From Dehalococcoidia bacterium (GTDB taxonomy: Bacteria > Chloroflexota > Dehalococcoidia > Lucifugimonadales > UBA826), in the NCBI GenBank assembly GCA_045564655.1, contig JBJLGX010000022.1, forward strand, positions 9,274-73,273: a DNA stretch of 64,000 nucleotides, read 5' to 3'. The translations under genes were made by a program, and so were the position numbers. Shown one piece after another: positions 36,432 to 46,156 of the stretch (its first letter is position 1; every line of letters begins with the position of its first letter). The notes below the pieces were generated by a model. That model did not search any database. It was given only the letters and a program-made list of their open reading frames with translations, and was not told where the DNA came from.

Positions 36432-37874
36432 GTGAATATATTAATAACTGGAGCTACAGGATATGTAGGTTCAAGACTTGTTGCAGAATTGTCTAAAAGC
36501 CATCAAGTAAAAAGTTTAGTTAGAGATGAAAATTCTTACAGAGATAGGTTTAGACATTTAAACACAACTGTTTGTAAGGGTGACTTAATTGATCTAGAAA
36601 GTATTAGAAATCATTTTCAAGACGTCGATACCGCATTTTATTTGGTTCATTCACTTTCTGCAGGAAATAAATTTCATGATACTGAACTTCTGTGTGCTCA
36701 AAATTTTGTTGATGCCGCAAAAGAAAATGGAGTTAAGAGAATTGTTTATTTAGGTGGACTATCTGACCCCAAAAAACCTCTTTCTCCTCATCTGAGAAGC
36801 CGAAATGACGTAGGAGAACTACTTCGCTTGTCTGGAATACCTTGTATAGAACTTCAATCTTCAATAATAATTGGAGAAGGTGGATTATCTTATGAAATTA
36901 TGAAAAGTTTAGTTCATAAGCTGCCAATTATGATTACCCCTAAATGGGTTTCGTCTTTGTCACAGCCTATATGGATTAATGATGTGATTGAATATTTAAA
37001 AGAGAGTATATCTATAAAAATGTCTGGCAATTTGATTGCACAGATAGGCGGGCCCAGTATTGTCACATATAAAAATTTAATGGCTGCATATGCGGAAATA
37101 TATGGACTTAAAAGATTTATGATTCCTGTTCCTGTTTTAACTCCACGACTTTCTAGTTTATGGCTTGGGTTGGTTACTCCTGCATATGCAAGAGCAGGTA
37201 AAAAATTAATAGAAAGCTTAAAAACAAATAGTATTATTACAGACAAAAAAAGTTCTGAATTATTTAATGTAACTCCGGTTGATTATAAAGAAGCATTAAA
37301 GAATGTGATTAATGTAAAAGAATCAGATATGACAGTAGCCAGATGGTTTGACCCTGTTTCTGCAGGACCTAGCGTAAGCAATAAAATTTCTTCAAAAAAA
37401 ATTGTATATAAATATAAAATGACAGATGAGAGAAGAATAATAACTTCAGCTGATAAGGCCCAATCATTTAAGCCTATAAATGATATTGGTGGGCCTAATG
37501 GTTGGTATTTTGCAAATTTTTTATGGAAGATTAGAGGCTGGTTGGATTTATTAGTGGGAGGAGTCGGCACTAGAAGAACTAGATTTAAAAAAGATAGGTT
37601 TGTGATTGGAGACACGTTAGATTGGTGGAGAATTTCAGACACAATTGAAGGTGAAATGGTCGAATTTAAAGCTGAGATGAAGTTACCGGGGGAAGCATAT
37701 TTAAAATTTTCAGTTAATCCTTCTGGTAAAGATACTGAAATTGTTCAAACAGCTGGATTTAACACTAATAATTTAGCTGGAATATTATATTGGTATTCTT
37801 TATACCCACTTCATGCATTTATATTTTCGAGAATGATAAAATCTATAAAAAAGCGTACCTTACTTGTCAGGTAG
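36432..37874 (+). CDS. NAD(P)H-binding (atypical SDR) protein with a DUF2867-like C-terminal domain
   Basis: GTG start, then NILITGATGYVGSRL. The long C-terminal extension (WWRISD...) is typical of the fused DUF2867 type. Confidence 0.7.
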   Translation: MNILITGATGYVGSRLVAELSKSHQVKSLVRDENSYRDRFRHLNTTVCKGDLIDLESIRNHFQDVDTAFYLVHSLSAGNKFHDTELLCAQNFVDAAKENGVKRIVYLGGLSDPKKPLSPHLRSRNDVGELLRLSGIPCIELQSSIIIGEGGLSYEIMKSLVHKLPIMITPKWVSSLSQPIWINDVIEYLKESISIKMSGNLIAQIGGPSIVTYKNLMAAYAEIYGLKRFMIPVPVLTPRLSSLWLGLVTPAYARAGKKLIESLKTNSIITDKKSSELFNVTPVDYKEALKNVINVKESDMTVARWFDPVSAGPSVSNKISSKKIVYKYKMTDERRIITSADKAQSFKPINDIGGPNGWYFANFLWKIRGWLDLLVGGVGTRRTRFKKDRFVIGDTLDWWRISDTIEGEMVEFKAEMKLPGEAYLKFSVNPSGKDTEIVQTAGFNTNNLAGILYWYSLYPLHAFIFSRMIKSIKKRTLLVR

Positions 37875-37966
37875 TATTTTCATTTGTTCTGAAATAGGCA
37901 ATTCTAGAAAAGTCTCAAATTCATTAAATTTTCTTATTAAAGAAGTTTATAGTCAATATATTAATG

Positions 37967-38713
37967 TTATAGAGAAGTTAAATAATTTATTAGTTTTGTA
38001 GAATTTTCATCCAATTCATTTATAGGACTTATGGAGAAGGACTCATAAGTGAAGTTATGCTCTGTGAATCGTTTGGCTAATTGCTGAGCATCTTCTTGGC
38101 TTTTATAATTTTTCAGTCCTTGAATTTTTGTTTCAAAAGTATCTTCTATATCGACAACAATATCTAATCTTTTTTCGTCTTCACTTAATTCAAGTCCATA
38201 ATCTTTTGCTCGCTCTTCTGCAATTGCAGGATATATAAGCAAAGGATTTTGATCTGTTTCTGACTTATAGTATTTGTATGCGATTAATGCTGATTTATGT
38301 ATAGCAATGTGATCTGGATGATTAGATATACCAGTGGGGCCAAATGTAATAATGACATCTGGGGTTGTTTCTTTAAGTATTGTTAAAATTTTTTTAGCTA
38401 AAGTTTCAGGGATTTCTTTATCTAAATCTTGATCTCTATAGTTAAATATATATGGTGGATTCACCCCATATAAATCTAGATTATGTCGCAGTTCTTCTTC
38501 TCTTACTTTTCCTAGGTCTTCCCTTTTAATCTTTAAGTCTCCAGTTCCTAAAGTACCTTCTTCTCCTCTGGTTCCAGTAATAATGTATGCTTCATTATTT
38601 TTTTTAACCCATTTCATCATGGTTCCAGAACTACTGGTTGTTTCATCATCAGGATGTGCAAAAACCCCAATCCATACGAGTGGTTTTTTATCAACGATTT
38701 TATTTGACATCAT
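37967..38713 (-). CDS. PIG-L / LmbE family deacetylase
   Basis: VFAHPDDE and HPDH motifs. I prefer the start at MMSNK (38713), because the track start at 38770 would end 3 nt from the tRNA. Confidence 0.8.
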   Translation of the reverse strand: MMSNKIVDKKPLVWIGVFAHPDDETTSSSGTMMKWVKKNNEAYIITGTRGEEGTLGTGDLKIKREDLGKVREEELRHNLDLYGVNPPYIFNYRDQDLDKEIPETLAKKILTILKETTPDVIITFGPTGISNHPDHIAIHKSALIAYKYYKSETDQNPLLIYPAIAEERAKDYGLELSEDEKRLDIVVDIEDTFETKIQGLKNYKSQEDAQQLAKRFTEHNFTYESFSISPINELDENSTKLINYLTSL

Positions 38714-38773
38714 ATTAATTCCAAAATGTATTTGGTAGGTTATAATAGGTACAGTCAATATTATATACAATTT

Positions 38774-38849
38774 GGGGCTGTAGCTCAGCCGGGAGAGCGC
38801 TTCAATGGCATTGAAGAGGTCAGGAGTTCGATCCTCCTCAGCTCCACCA
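38774..38849 (+). tRNA. tRNA-Ala (anticodon GGC), CCA encoded
   Basis: Cloverleaf by hand: acceptor ggggctg/cagctcc with the G3:U70 identity pair, D arm gctc..gagc, anticodon arm cttca-atGGCat-tgaag, T arm caggagttcgatcctcctc (stem aggag/ctcct). Confidence 0.93.
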
Positions 38850-38871
38850 TAATATTAATTAAGGGGAAACC

Positions 38872-39198
38872 ATGAGTGAATGGAATTATACAAAATGTGC
38901 TAAGCCTTTTTCATCGGAAGAAGATGCTTTAGACTTTATGGTCTCACAATCTTATGATGGACAGGTATTAAAAAGAAATGAAGGGTATTCGGCAGTTTGC
39001 CCAACGTATCCAGATGGGTTTTATCCTGATGCGACTCCTGTCGCAGCATACTCTGTCAAAACGGGCATTATTAGAGATGAAAAACTTTTCCATATTGTTA
39101 TGGAACCAGATGCAAATGAAAAAGAAACAATTATTTCAGAAGAGTGTTGCCCTGTGCCTGTTCAAGTTTCTGTAAATACTAATGAGAAGTGTTGTTAA
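38872..39198 (+). CDS. Hypothetical 108-aa protein with a Cys-rich C-terminus
   Basis: GGGGA RBS region upstream. The C-terminus reads ...EECCPVPVQVSVNTNEKCC. No family recognised. Confidence 0.5.
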   Translation: MSEWNYTKCAKPFSSEEDALDFMVSQSYDGQVLKRNEGYSAVCPTYPDGFYPDATPVAAYSVKTGIIRDEKLFHIVMEPDANEKETIISEECCPVPVQVSVNTNEKCC

Positions 39199-40306
39199 AA
39201 ATATAGTGCAAGAAAAAAGATTTCATGGTCTAGATGCATTACGAGGCATTGCAATGCTGTTGGGAATAGTTTTGCATGCTGCACTACCTTATATTCCTGA
39301 TATAGATGCTTTTTGGCCTCAAGATAACCAATCATCTTACCTGATCACAGCTATATTTCAATTTATCCATGTTTGGAGAATGCCGTTATTTTTCATACTA
39401 GCAGGATTTTTTACAAAGTTGTTTATCGATAGAAAATCTTGGGAAAAATGGATTTCTAACAGAGTGCTTAGGATAGGGATACCATTATTGATATTTTCTC
39501 CATTAATGGCGTTAACGTTACCTTGGATTTTTAAATTTGGTAGAACAGCAGAATTAAACTTTTTTTATTCTATGGAAGGATATCCTTTTCATTTATGGTT
39601 TTTGTGGCACCTATTAATTTTTGTTTTTCTATCTCTAATTTTTAAGCCTATTAATTCTTTACTTGAGAACAATATGATTTTTGATCGTATTGGCAAGCAA
39701 TTGTTCCAAGTAAGAATTCCTGTAATCTTAATTTTTTTAATTTCTATTTTAATTATCCCTACAGGTGGTGAATTAATTACTAATCCAATAGCGACAGGGC
39801 TATATTTTGTTTTAGGTTATTTGCTTTACAAAAATACTGATCTATTTGAGGCAATGAAGAAAAACTGGGTCGTTTACTTATCGGTGGGATTAGTTGCTTT
39901 TGCACTATTTTTCGCATTAGAAATTTTTAAATATTATGAGCCTTTTAAAAATTTACCTACATCTAAAGAAAAAGAAGATGCTGAAGCTTTTGTATGGATT
40001 CTTCAGCAACCTATAAAAGTTACTTCGGCACTATTCCTTTCCTATTCTTTCATAGGGTTGATAGAGGCTAAATTTGGAGATTATAGTTTTGCAAAAAGAT
40101 TTATATCTGATGGGGCATATTGGATGTATTTGATCCATCTACCAATTGTTACGTTTATTACTTTTTTCATGTTTAGATTTGATATAAACCCTATGTTTAA
40201 ATTTATTGTAGCTATTTTATTAACTTCTGCGATTTGTTTAGGTACCTATAAATACATAGTGAGACCTACGCTTATCGGGACACTATTAAATGGGAAAAGA
40301 TCATAA
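39182..40306 (+). CDS. Acyltransferase 3 family membrane O-acyltransferase
   Basis: FHGLDALRGIAMLLGIVLH N-terminus and about 10 TM segments. Confidence 0.85.
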   Translation: MRSVVKNIVQEKRFHGLDALRGIAMLLGIVLHAALPYIPDIDAFWPQDNQSSYLITAIFQFIHVWRMPLFFILAGFFTKLFIDRKSWEKWISNRVLRIGIPLLIFSPLMALTLPWIFKFGRTAELNFFYSMEGYPFHLWFLWHLLIFVFLSLIFKPINSLLENNMIFDRIGKQLFQVRIPVILIFLISILIIPTGGELITNPIATGLYFVLGYLLYKNTDLFEAMKKNWVVYLSVGLVAFALFFALEIFKYYEPFKNLPTSKEKEDAEAFVWILQQPIKVTSALFLSYSFIGLIEAKFGDYSFAKRFISDGAYWMYLIHLPIVTFITFFMFRFDINPMFKFIVAILLTSAICLGTYKYIVRPTLIGTLLNGKRS

Positions 40307-40319
40307 TATTTATTATGGC

Positions 40320-41066
40320 TTAAAATAATTTAAATGCTTCTCTTAGAAGTGGTATGCTTCCTGCACATATTATGATAGTTAACAAATATTTTCTGTGTGA
40401 TTCGTCCTTTACCTTGGAAATAACCTTAGAGGCTATTAAGAATCCAAAGATTACAGGAATTATCCCTATAGATGATATCAACCATATTTCTTTGTTGTAC
40501 TGATCTGTGATCATGTATCCGATTACGGCTAATCCTTCTACAAGAAGATAAAATAAAGATAAAGATCCCCGAATTGAATTTTTCCTCCACCCTTTAGATA
40601 TAACAGCGATAGCCATTAATGCACCCCCTACTCCTGTAGACACTACAATAGCAGAGCTAATGAATGCCATCACTGAAAATTTAAAAGGATTCAGCTTTAT
40701 TGGTTTGTTGTTGAATAAGATTGTATATAAAGCTAATGCAATGATTAATATTGATATAAGTATTCCCAAAAGAGTAGATGACACTTTGGTAAAAAATATT
40801 AACCCAAAAGGTACTCCTGCTATTCCAGCAACGGAAGGAGAAATCATTGCCCTATAGTCAATGTAGGATCTGTTTTGCAATATTATCATTACAAAAAGTG
40901 GTAATGAAACGGTATTGATAACCACAACAATGGTTTTTGAGTCCATAGTCATTAACATAAACGGAGAGCTGGCGATTGCTATTCCAAATCCTGCTGAGCT
41001 AAATACAAAAGATCCAAAGAGCAATGCAAAAAAAGTGATTAAAATGTCTACTGTAAGCTCAGTCAC
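40320..41066 (-). CDS. TauE/SafE family sulfite/anion exporter
   Basis: 248-aa polytopic protein with the internal duplication typical of TauE. Confidence 0.75.
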   Translation of the reverse strand: MTELTVDILITFFALLFGSFVFSSAGFGIAIASSPFMLMTMDSKTIVVVINTVSLPLFVMIILQNRSYIDYRAMISPSVAGIAGVPFGLIFFTKVSSTLLGILISILIIALALYTILFNNKPIKLNPFKFSVMAFISSAIVVSTGVGGALMAIAVISKGWRKNSIRGSLSLFYLLVEGLAVIGYMITDQYNKEIWLISSIGIIPVIFGFLIASKVISKVKDESHRKYLLTIIICAGSIPLLREAFKLF

Positions 41067-42450
41067 GAGGATCCCAATTTCTTGTGAACATATTTAACCC
41101 TAATCCTACCCCTACTACTACAAATCCTAATACTATTCCTGCAAAAATAGTATTTATACCCAAAGAAGATATTCCAAAATTAGCATTAAATATAGATATC
41201 ACTATGCTGTAGTCTGAAAGAGTAACAACTAATATACCTACAAACAGGACTATTAACATTCGTAAAACCCCAACAGTAACAGGAAGAATCATTTTTCCTG
41301 TTCCTTGACTTGCAAAGAATAAAGTTTGGCCACCACCAAATAAACAGAAAAAAGGAGCTGCAATGCTAAGATATAAAGCACCATATTTGTATGCTTCTGA
41401 GTCTGCTGTAAATAAGTTTAACCATAAGCTTGGGAATATGGATATTGTAATCCCTAAAACCATAATAAATAAGAATACAATTGACGCTCCAGACCATGCA
41501 ATTTTTCGAGCTCTTGCATATTGTTTTGCTCCGAAATTAATTCCGACTGCAGCATTTAGTACTCCGCCAACGCCAAAAGATAGAGGAATAAGTATTAGTT
41601 CTAACCTGTTGCCAAGTCCATATCCAGCTATAGCAGCAGTTCCGTATTCTGATATTAATCTAGTTACTATCAGAACAGTTATAGCAATACTAAGGCTGTT
41701 TATTAAGCTTAGTGCGCCTACTTTTAGTATATCTACCATTGGAGCTAATTTAATACTTTGTGGTTGTATTCGGATGGATGTTTGAGTAAATATGATATAC
41801 ATCATATAAGATGTTGCAGTTAGATGGCATACGACAGCAGATATTGCTGGACCGACTACTCCAAATCCTGAAAAACTACCTAATCCAACCGTCAAAATCC
41901 CAGATAATATCACCTGTATGATTACACTAGATATTGTGGCTATTGCAAATGCATCAGTTCGTCCAAACGCTCGTAGAACAGCAGAACATACATAAAATGA
42001 CCATATTGCTATTGATACACCAAAAAACACTCTAGAATATAAGACGGCTCCTCTTACAACATCGGGATCACTTGAGAATATGGTAATAATGTAATTTGAT
42101 AGTAACCCAAAAACTAACGTGTATATCGCACACATAAACCCGGAAATTATAATACTGTGCCACACTAGTGTATTAACTTCACTTAGTGCATTTCTGCCAA
42201 GAGCCCTTGATATGGATGACGTGATTCCTCCACCCATCGCTCCACCAGACTGCATAATCATTAATGTCTGTAAAGGAAATACTATAGCTAAACTTGCTAA
42301 TGCAACTGTTCCTATTTTGCCGACAAAGAAAGCATCAGCCATTGTTGAAAATGTTATAAAAAATACAGCTGCCATATTTGGTGTGGCGAGTTTCCATAAC
42401 AGATTAATGACGGATCCTTCTAAAAGCAGTTTAATTTGAGGGGTGGTCAC
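41059..42450 (-). CDS. MATE family efflux transporter
   Basis: 463 aa, 12 TM, N-terminal region ...LLWKLATPNMAA... Confidence 0.85.
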   Translation of the reverse strand: MTTPQIKLLLEGSVINLLWKLATPNMAAVFFITFSTMADAFFVGKIGTVALASLAIVFPLQTLMIMQSGGAMGGGITSSISRALGRNALSEVNTLVWHSIIISGFMCAIYTLVFGLLSNYIITIFSSDPDVVRGAVLYSRVFFGVSIAIWSFYVCSAVLRAFGRTDAFAIATISSVIIQVILSGILTVGLGSFSGFGVVGPAISAVVCHLTATSYMMYIIFTQTSIRIQPQSIKLAPMVDILKVGALSLINSLSIAITVLIVTRLISEYGTAAIAGYGLGNRLELILIPLSFGVGGVLNAAVGINFGAKQYARARKIAWSGASIVFLFIMVLGITISIFPSLWLNLFTADSEAYKYGALYLSIAAPFFCLFGGGQTLFFASQGTGKMILPVTVGVLRMLIVLFVGILVVTLSDYSIVISIFNANFGISSLGINTIFAGIVLGFVVVGVGLGLNMFTRNWDPRD

Positions 42451-42459
42451 AGGAATAAC

Positions 42460-42780
42460 TTAATCAAGCATTTTAGACGGGGTTAATAATTCATTAAATT
42501 CAATTTTGCTACTTATAATTAATTCCGAAACTTTATTTGCTATATTAAGTCCTTCGGGTATAGGTTTTTTACCTTCTCTCATTCCGGACATAAGTGCTTC
42601 ATCCGTCCATTGAACAGTAACAGTATCTACTTCTGAAGGAGTGGTCCCTCCGTTAAAGTAGACAAGAAAATCTCCTCTGAATCCGGCATCTTTTATTATT
42701 TGAACTTGTTTATGTACTAAAGTAGCTACTTTTCGAGCTAAACCCGGTTTTGTTTTATATGTTCTTCTTACGTGAAACAT
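42460..42780 (-). CDS. Hypothetical 106-aa protein, tandem paralogue A
   Basis: MFHVRRTYKTKPG...FNGGTTPSE...WTDEALMS. Has its own GGAGAAAAAATG translation start context. Confidence 0.6.
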   Translation of the reverse strand: MFHVRRTYKTKPGLARKVATLVHKQVQIIKDAGFRGDFLVYFNGGTTPSEVDTVTVQWTDEALMSGMREGKKPIPEGLNIANKVSELIISSKIEFNELLTPSKMLD

Positions 42781-42803
42781 TTTTTCTCCAGATTAATATT
42801 GAA

Positions 42804-43124
42804 TTAATCAATCATTTTAGCTGGAATTAGTAATTCATTAAATTCAATTGAGCTACTGACTATTAACTCAGATAATTGCTTTGCAACATCATTAGCTGCT
42901 GGAGGAATATCATTTCCTTCACGACTTATTGACATAAGTGCTTCATCTGTCCATTCTAGTACTACAGTATCTGCTTCAGATGGTGTTGTGCCACCATTAA
43001 AATAAACAGTAAAGTCTCCTCTTTGTCCTGCATCTTTAAATATTTGAGCCTCTTTGTGTACTAAAGTTGCTACTTTTCGGGCTGAACCCGGAGTTGTTTT
43101 ATACAATCTTCTTATGTGAAACAT
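42804..43124 (-). CDS. Hypothetical 106-aa protein, tandem paralogue B
   Basis: MFHIRRLYKTTPG...FNGGTTPSE...WTDEALMS. Has the identical GGAGAAAAAATG start context. Confidence 0.6.
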   Translation of the reverse strand: MFHIRRLYKTTPGSARKVATLVHKEAQIFKDAGQRGDFTVYFNGGTTPSEADTVVLEWTDEALMSISREGNDIPPAANDVAKQLSELIVSSSIEFNELLIPAKMID

Positions 43125-43231
43125 TTTTTCTCCTCAATTTGATTTATACATAGGTTACAAAAAATATCATAACTTGAATACATGTAAATCAGATTATATT
43201 ATTCAGATACTTTAATTTATAGGGGTGTTTC

Positions 43232-44383
43232 ATGTTTGTGGCTTCTAAGGATAAGATTTTACCTACAACGGTTATTGGCTCATACCCTAGACCACATTGG
43301 TATAAGGAAAGTTTGAATGGGCGATCATTTAAGGACGCCTTAACAGACCAACTTTTTAGAGAACAATATTTTGATGCTGTATCTTCAACTATTAGTGATC
43401 AAACAAGGGCAGGATTAGATATTGTTACTGATGGAGATTCGAGATTTGATCTCGATGTTGGGGGGAGGTCTTGGTTTTTTTACCCTATTGAAAGACTGAA
43501 AGGTATAGAAGGTAGTGTAACAGGCTCAACTAGATGGAAGGATAGGTTTGGAATATACCCAGGACATATACTTTGGGAAGTTCAAGAAGCTTATCAACCA
43601 GCTCGTGTTGTAGATAAGATAGAGAGGGGATCTCTAGAATATAAGGATGTTTGGAAGGTAGCTCAAAAATTTACTGATAAGCCTGTTAAATTTGGTTCGA
43701 TTAGCGCTCAGTGTATTCCTGGAATGCTTGAGAATGAATATTATGATTCTGAACAAGATCTTGTTATGGATTTAGCTGATTGCATAAATCAGGAATTAAG
43801 AGAATTAGATAATGCCGGCTGTCCAGTTATTCAAGTTGAAGAACCTGCAATACATATGGGAGCAACAACTCAAGGTTATGAAACCTTGGAATTTTTAGTT
43901 AAGGCTTTTAATAAAGAGGTTTCTGGTATTAAAACTGAAGTTTGGGCTCATACATGTTGGGGTAACCCCAACCAGCAATCAATGCACTGGAATAGACCTT
44001 CTTATAGAGATTCATTAGAATATTTATGGCAACTTGATGCCGATGTAATTACTTTTGAGTGTGCTAGTTCTAAGGGTGCTGAAATATCAATATTATCTGA
44101 TATCCCAAAAGATAAAAAATTAGCGATTGGCGTTGTAAGTCATACCAATACAAATGTTGAACCACCTGGGGTAGTTGCTGAAGTTATCCGTAAAGCTTTA
44201 AAAATAGTTCCCCCTGAAAGATTAATCATTTCATCAGATTGTGGATTTGGAAGAGAAGGCCTTTCAAGAAGAATAGCTTTTTATAAATGCGTATCTATAG
44301 TTATGGGGACGAATATTGTAAGAAAAGAGCTTGGTTTACCTGAGGTAGATATCCCTGCAGCTAATGAGAACTTATATTTTTAA
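43232..44383 (+). CDS. Cobalamin-independent methionine synthase (MetE C-terminal domain) family protein
   Basis: 383-aa single-domain form. Putative Zn ligands in HTCWGN and SSDCGFG. Confidence 0.75.
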   Translation: MFVASKDKILPTTVIGSYPRPHWYKESLNGRSFKDALTDQLFREQYFDAVSSTISDQTRAGLDIVTDGDSRFDLDVGGRSWFFYPIERLKGIEGSVTGSTRWKDRFGIYPGHILWEVQEAYQPARVVDKIERGSLEYKDVWKVAQKFTDKPVKFGSISAQCIPGMLENEYYDSEQDLVMDLADCINQELRELDNAGCPVIQVEEPAIHMGATTQGYETLEFLVKAFNKEVSGIKTEVWAHTCWGNPNQQSMHWNRPSYRDSLEYLWQLDADVITFECASSKGAEISILSDIPKDKKLAIGVVSHTNTNVEPPGVVAEVIRKALKIVPPERLIISSDCGFGREGLSRRIAFYKCVSIVMGTNIVRKELGLPEVDIPAANENLYF

Positions 44384-44940
44384 ATTGAATTATTTTCAAA
44401 TTCTGTCGATAACATTCCCATAATAATAGAGTCATGCCTTACCCCGTCATGGGGACGACTTTTTCTAAGGGTTCCTTCATGAACAAAACCGATATGTTCA
44501 AACAGACTTTTAGCTGCTTCGTTATAGTCAGGGATATCAGCCCACACTCGAAATAAACCATAAGAATTAAATGAAATATCTAATGTGGCTCTTAATGTTG
44601 CGGTTCCGTAACCTTTATGCCAATGATCTTTGTCACCAATAAGTATAGATATTTGAGCATCACCTAGAGATTCTTCAATAGTTATGTGAATTTCTCCAAT
44701 ATGTTCATTAGTTTCAGTATATATGGAAAAAATTCTATGTTCTGGATTTTCAAATATGGAATCCCATTCTTCTATACTGAGGCTATCTACTTTTTCTGGA
44801 TGGTATCCTAAATGAGCAGGGTCACCATATGAATATCTTCCAAACCAACTTTCAGCTATAGATTCATTAGATAACCAAGCAGTTATTCTTTTAACATCAT
44901 CTCTAGTAACATGTTGTAATAGTATTTTTTGATCTGTCAT
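44380..44940 (-). CDS. GNAT family N-acetyltransferase
   Basis: WHKGYGT acetyl-CoA loop region and a RimJ/RimL-like pattern. Confidence 0.8.
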   Translation of the reverse strand: MTDQKILLQHVTRDDVKRITAWLSNESIAESWFGRYSYGDPAHLGYHPEKVDSLSIEEWDSIFENPEHRIFSIYTETNEHIGEIHITIEESLGDAQISILIGDKDHWHKGYGTATLRATLDISFNSYGLFRVWADIPDYNEAAKSLFEHIGFVHEGTLRKSRPHDGVRHDSIIMGMLSTEFENNSI

Positions 44941-45085
44941 TTGAACCTTCCAATAAGATATCCTAATCCTTATGGTTTTTTGATATTATCATTATTGTGA
45001 ATAGAAGGTCATTAGTCAATAAAGGCTCACATGATTATATTAATGTTAATTTAACATAAATGAATTAATTCAATAAGGAATAGAG

Positions 45086-46156
45086 ATGTTAGAGAGATTA
45101 TCTTCCCTTGAGGATAGATATGAGGAATTGAATAAACTACTTTCAGATCCTGAGATAGTAACTGACTACATGCAGATCGAGAAATATGCTAAGGAACAAT
45201 CTGCTATTAGAGAAGTGGTTGAACTTGCTAGGAGTTATAGAAAAACATTAGAAGATTTAGAAGAAATTTCTCAGATGATTAAAAGCGAAAATGATTCTGA
45301 CCTTATTGCAATGGCGAAAACTGAACAGTTAGATTTAGAGAAAAAAAAAGTTATTGCTGAAGAAAATTTAAAAATGGCACTAATACCCCAAGACCCAAAT
45401 GATGAAAGAAATGTCATTATGGAAATTAGAGCAGGAACAGGGGGAGAAGAGGCGGGGTTGTTTGCGTCTGATTTGTATAGGATGTATTCACGTTTTGCGC
45501 AGCGGGTTAATTGGAAATTAGAAGTAATTAATTCTAATACTACTGGCATTGGGGGTCTTAAAGAAATTACATTTCAAGTTAATGGAGATATGGCTTACAG
45601 TCAACTCAAACACGAAAGTGGTGTCCATAGAGTTCAGCGAGTTCCAGCTACAGAATCAAGTGGCAGAATACACACTTCTGCTGTAACCGTTGCGGTTTTA
45701 CCTGAGGCTGAAGAAGTTGATGTTCAGATTAATCCTGATGAGATTCAAATTGATATTTATCATGCTAGTGGACATGGAGGCCAGAACGTTCAAAAAGTTG
45801 CCACAGCTGTGCGGATAACACATATCCCTACTGGACTTGTGACAACATGCCAAGATGAAAGATCTCAATATAAAAATAAAGAAAAAGCTTTATCTGTTTT
45901 AAGGTCTAGATTGTTAGCATCTGAATTAGAGAAGCAACAAAAGGAAATTACTGATGAAAGAAGATCTCAAGTTGGTTCAGGAGATCGTTCTGAAAGGGTC
46001 AGGACATACAATTTTCCCCAAGGACGAGTCACAGATCATAGAATAGGTTTAACAAGTTATAGCCTAGATCAAATGCTTGATGGTGAAATCAGTGAATTCG
46101 TTGAAGCGTTAGTACATGATGACCAAGCTAGGAAATTAGAAGAAATAGGCTCTTGA
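45086..46156 (+). CDS. prfA: Peptide chain release factor 1
   Basis: PAT tripeptide (RVPATES) and the GGQ motif (SGHGGQNVQK). Confidence 0.97.
   Translation: MLERLSSLEDRYEELNKLLSDPEIVTDYMQIEKYAKEQSAIREVVELARSYRKTLEDLEEISQMIKSENDSDLIAMAKTEQLDLEKKKVIAEENLKMALIPQDPNDERNVIMEIRAGTGGEEAGLFASDLYRMYSRFAQRVNWKLEVINSNTTGIGGLKEITFQVNGDMAYSQLKHESGVHRVQRVPATESSGRIHTSAVTVAVLPEAEEVDVQINPDEIQIDIYHASGHGGQNVQKVATAVRITHIPTGLVTTCQDERSQYKNKEKALSVLRSRLLASELEKQQKEITDERRSQVGSGDRSERVRTYNFPQGRVTDHRIGLTSYSLDQMLDGEISEFVEALVHDDQARKLEEIGS

Noticed and set aside
38714-38770. Long N-terminal extension of the PIG-L deacetylase ORF (track start at 38770).
   Set aside because: It would place the start codon 3 nt from the tRNA gene and add a hydrophobic, non-conserved 19 aa. 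The internal MMSNK start directly precedes the conserved VFAHPDDE core.
38978-39175. Out-of-frame 65-aa ORF inside the 38872-39198 gene. Similar internal ORFs are at 12927-13133, 13451-13651 and 11205-11393.
   Set aside because: They overlap better-supported frames, have no RBS, and show odd composition.
41363-42439. Plus-strand ORFs 41363-41785 and 42119-42439 opposite the MATE transporter, and 40660-41097 opposite TauE.
   Set aside because: These are mirror-image hydrophobic translations of membrane-protein genes, with no independent start signals.
38774-43124. A genomic island integrated at tRNA-Ala (orphan ORF, acyltransferase, TauE, MATE and a paralogue pair downstream).
   Set aside because: There is no integrase or recombinase. 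I noticed no direct repeat of the tRNA 3' end by eye, and no compositional change is visible.
43125-43231. Possible SAM or B12 riboswitch upstream of the MetE-like gene.
   Set aside because: The spacer is only 107 nt and almost pure A/T. It has no conserved riboswitch core motifs or stable helices.
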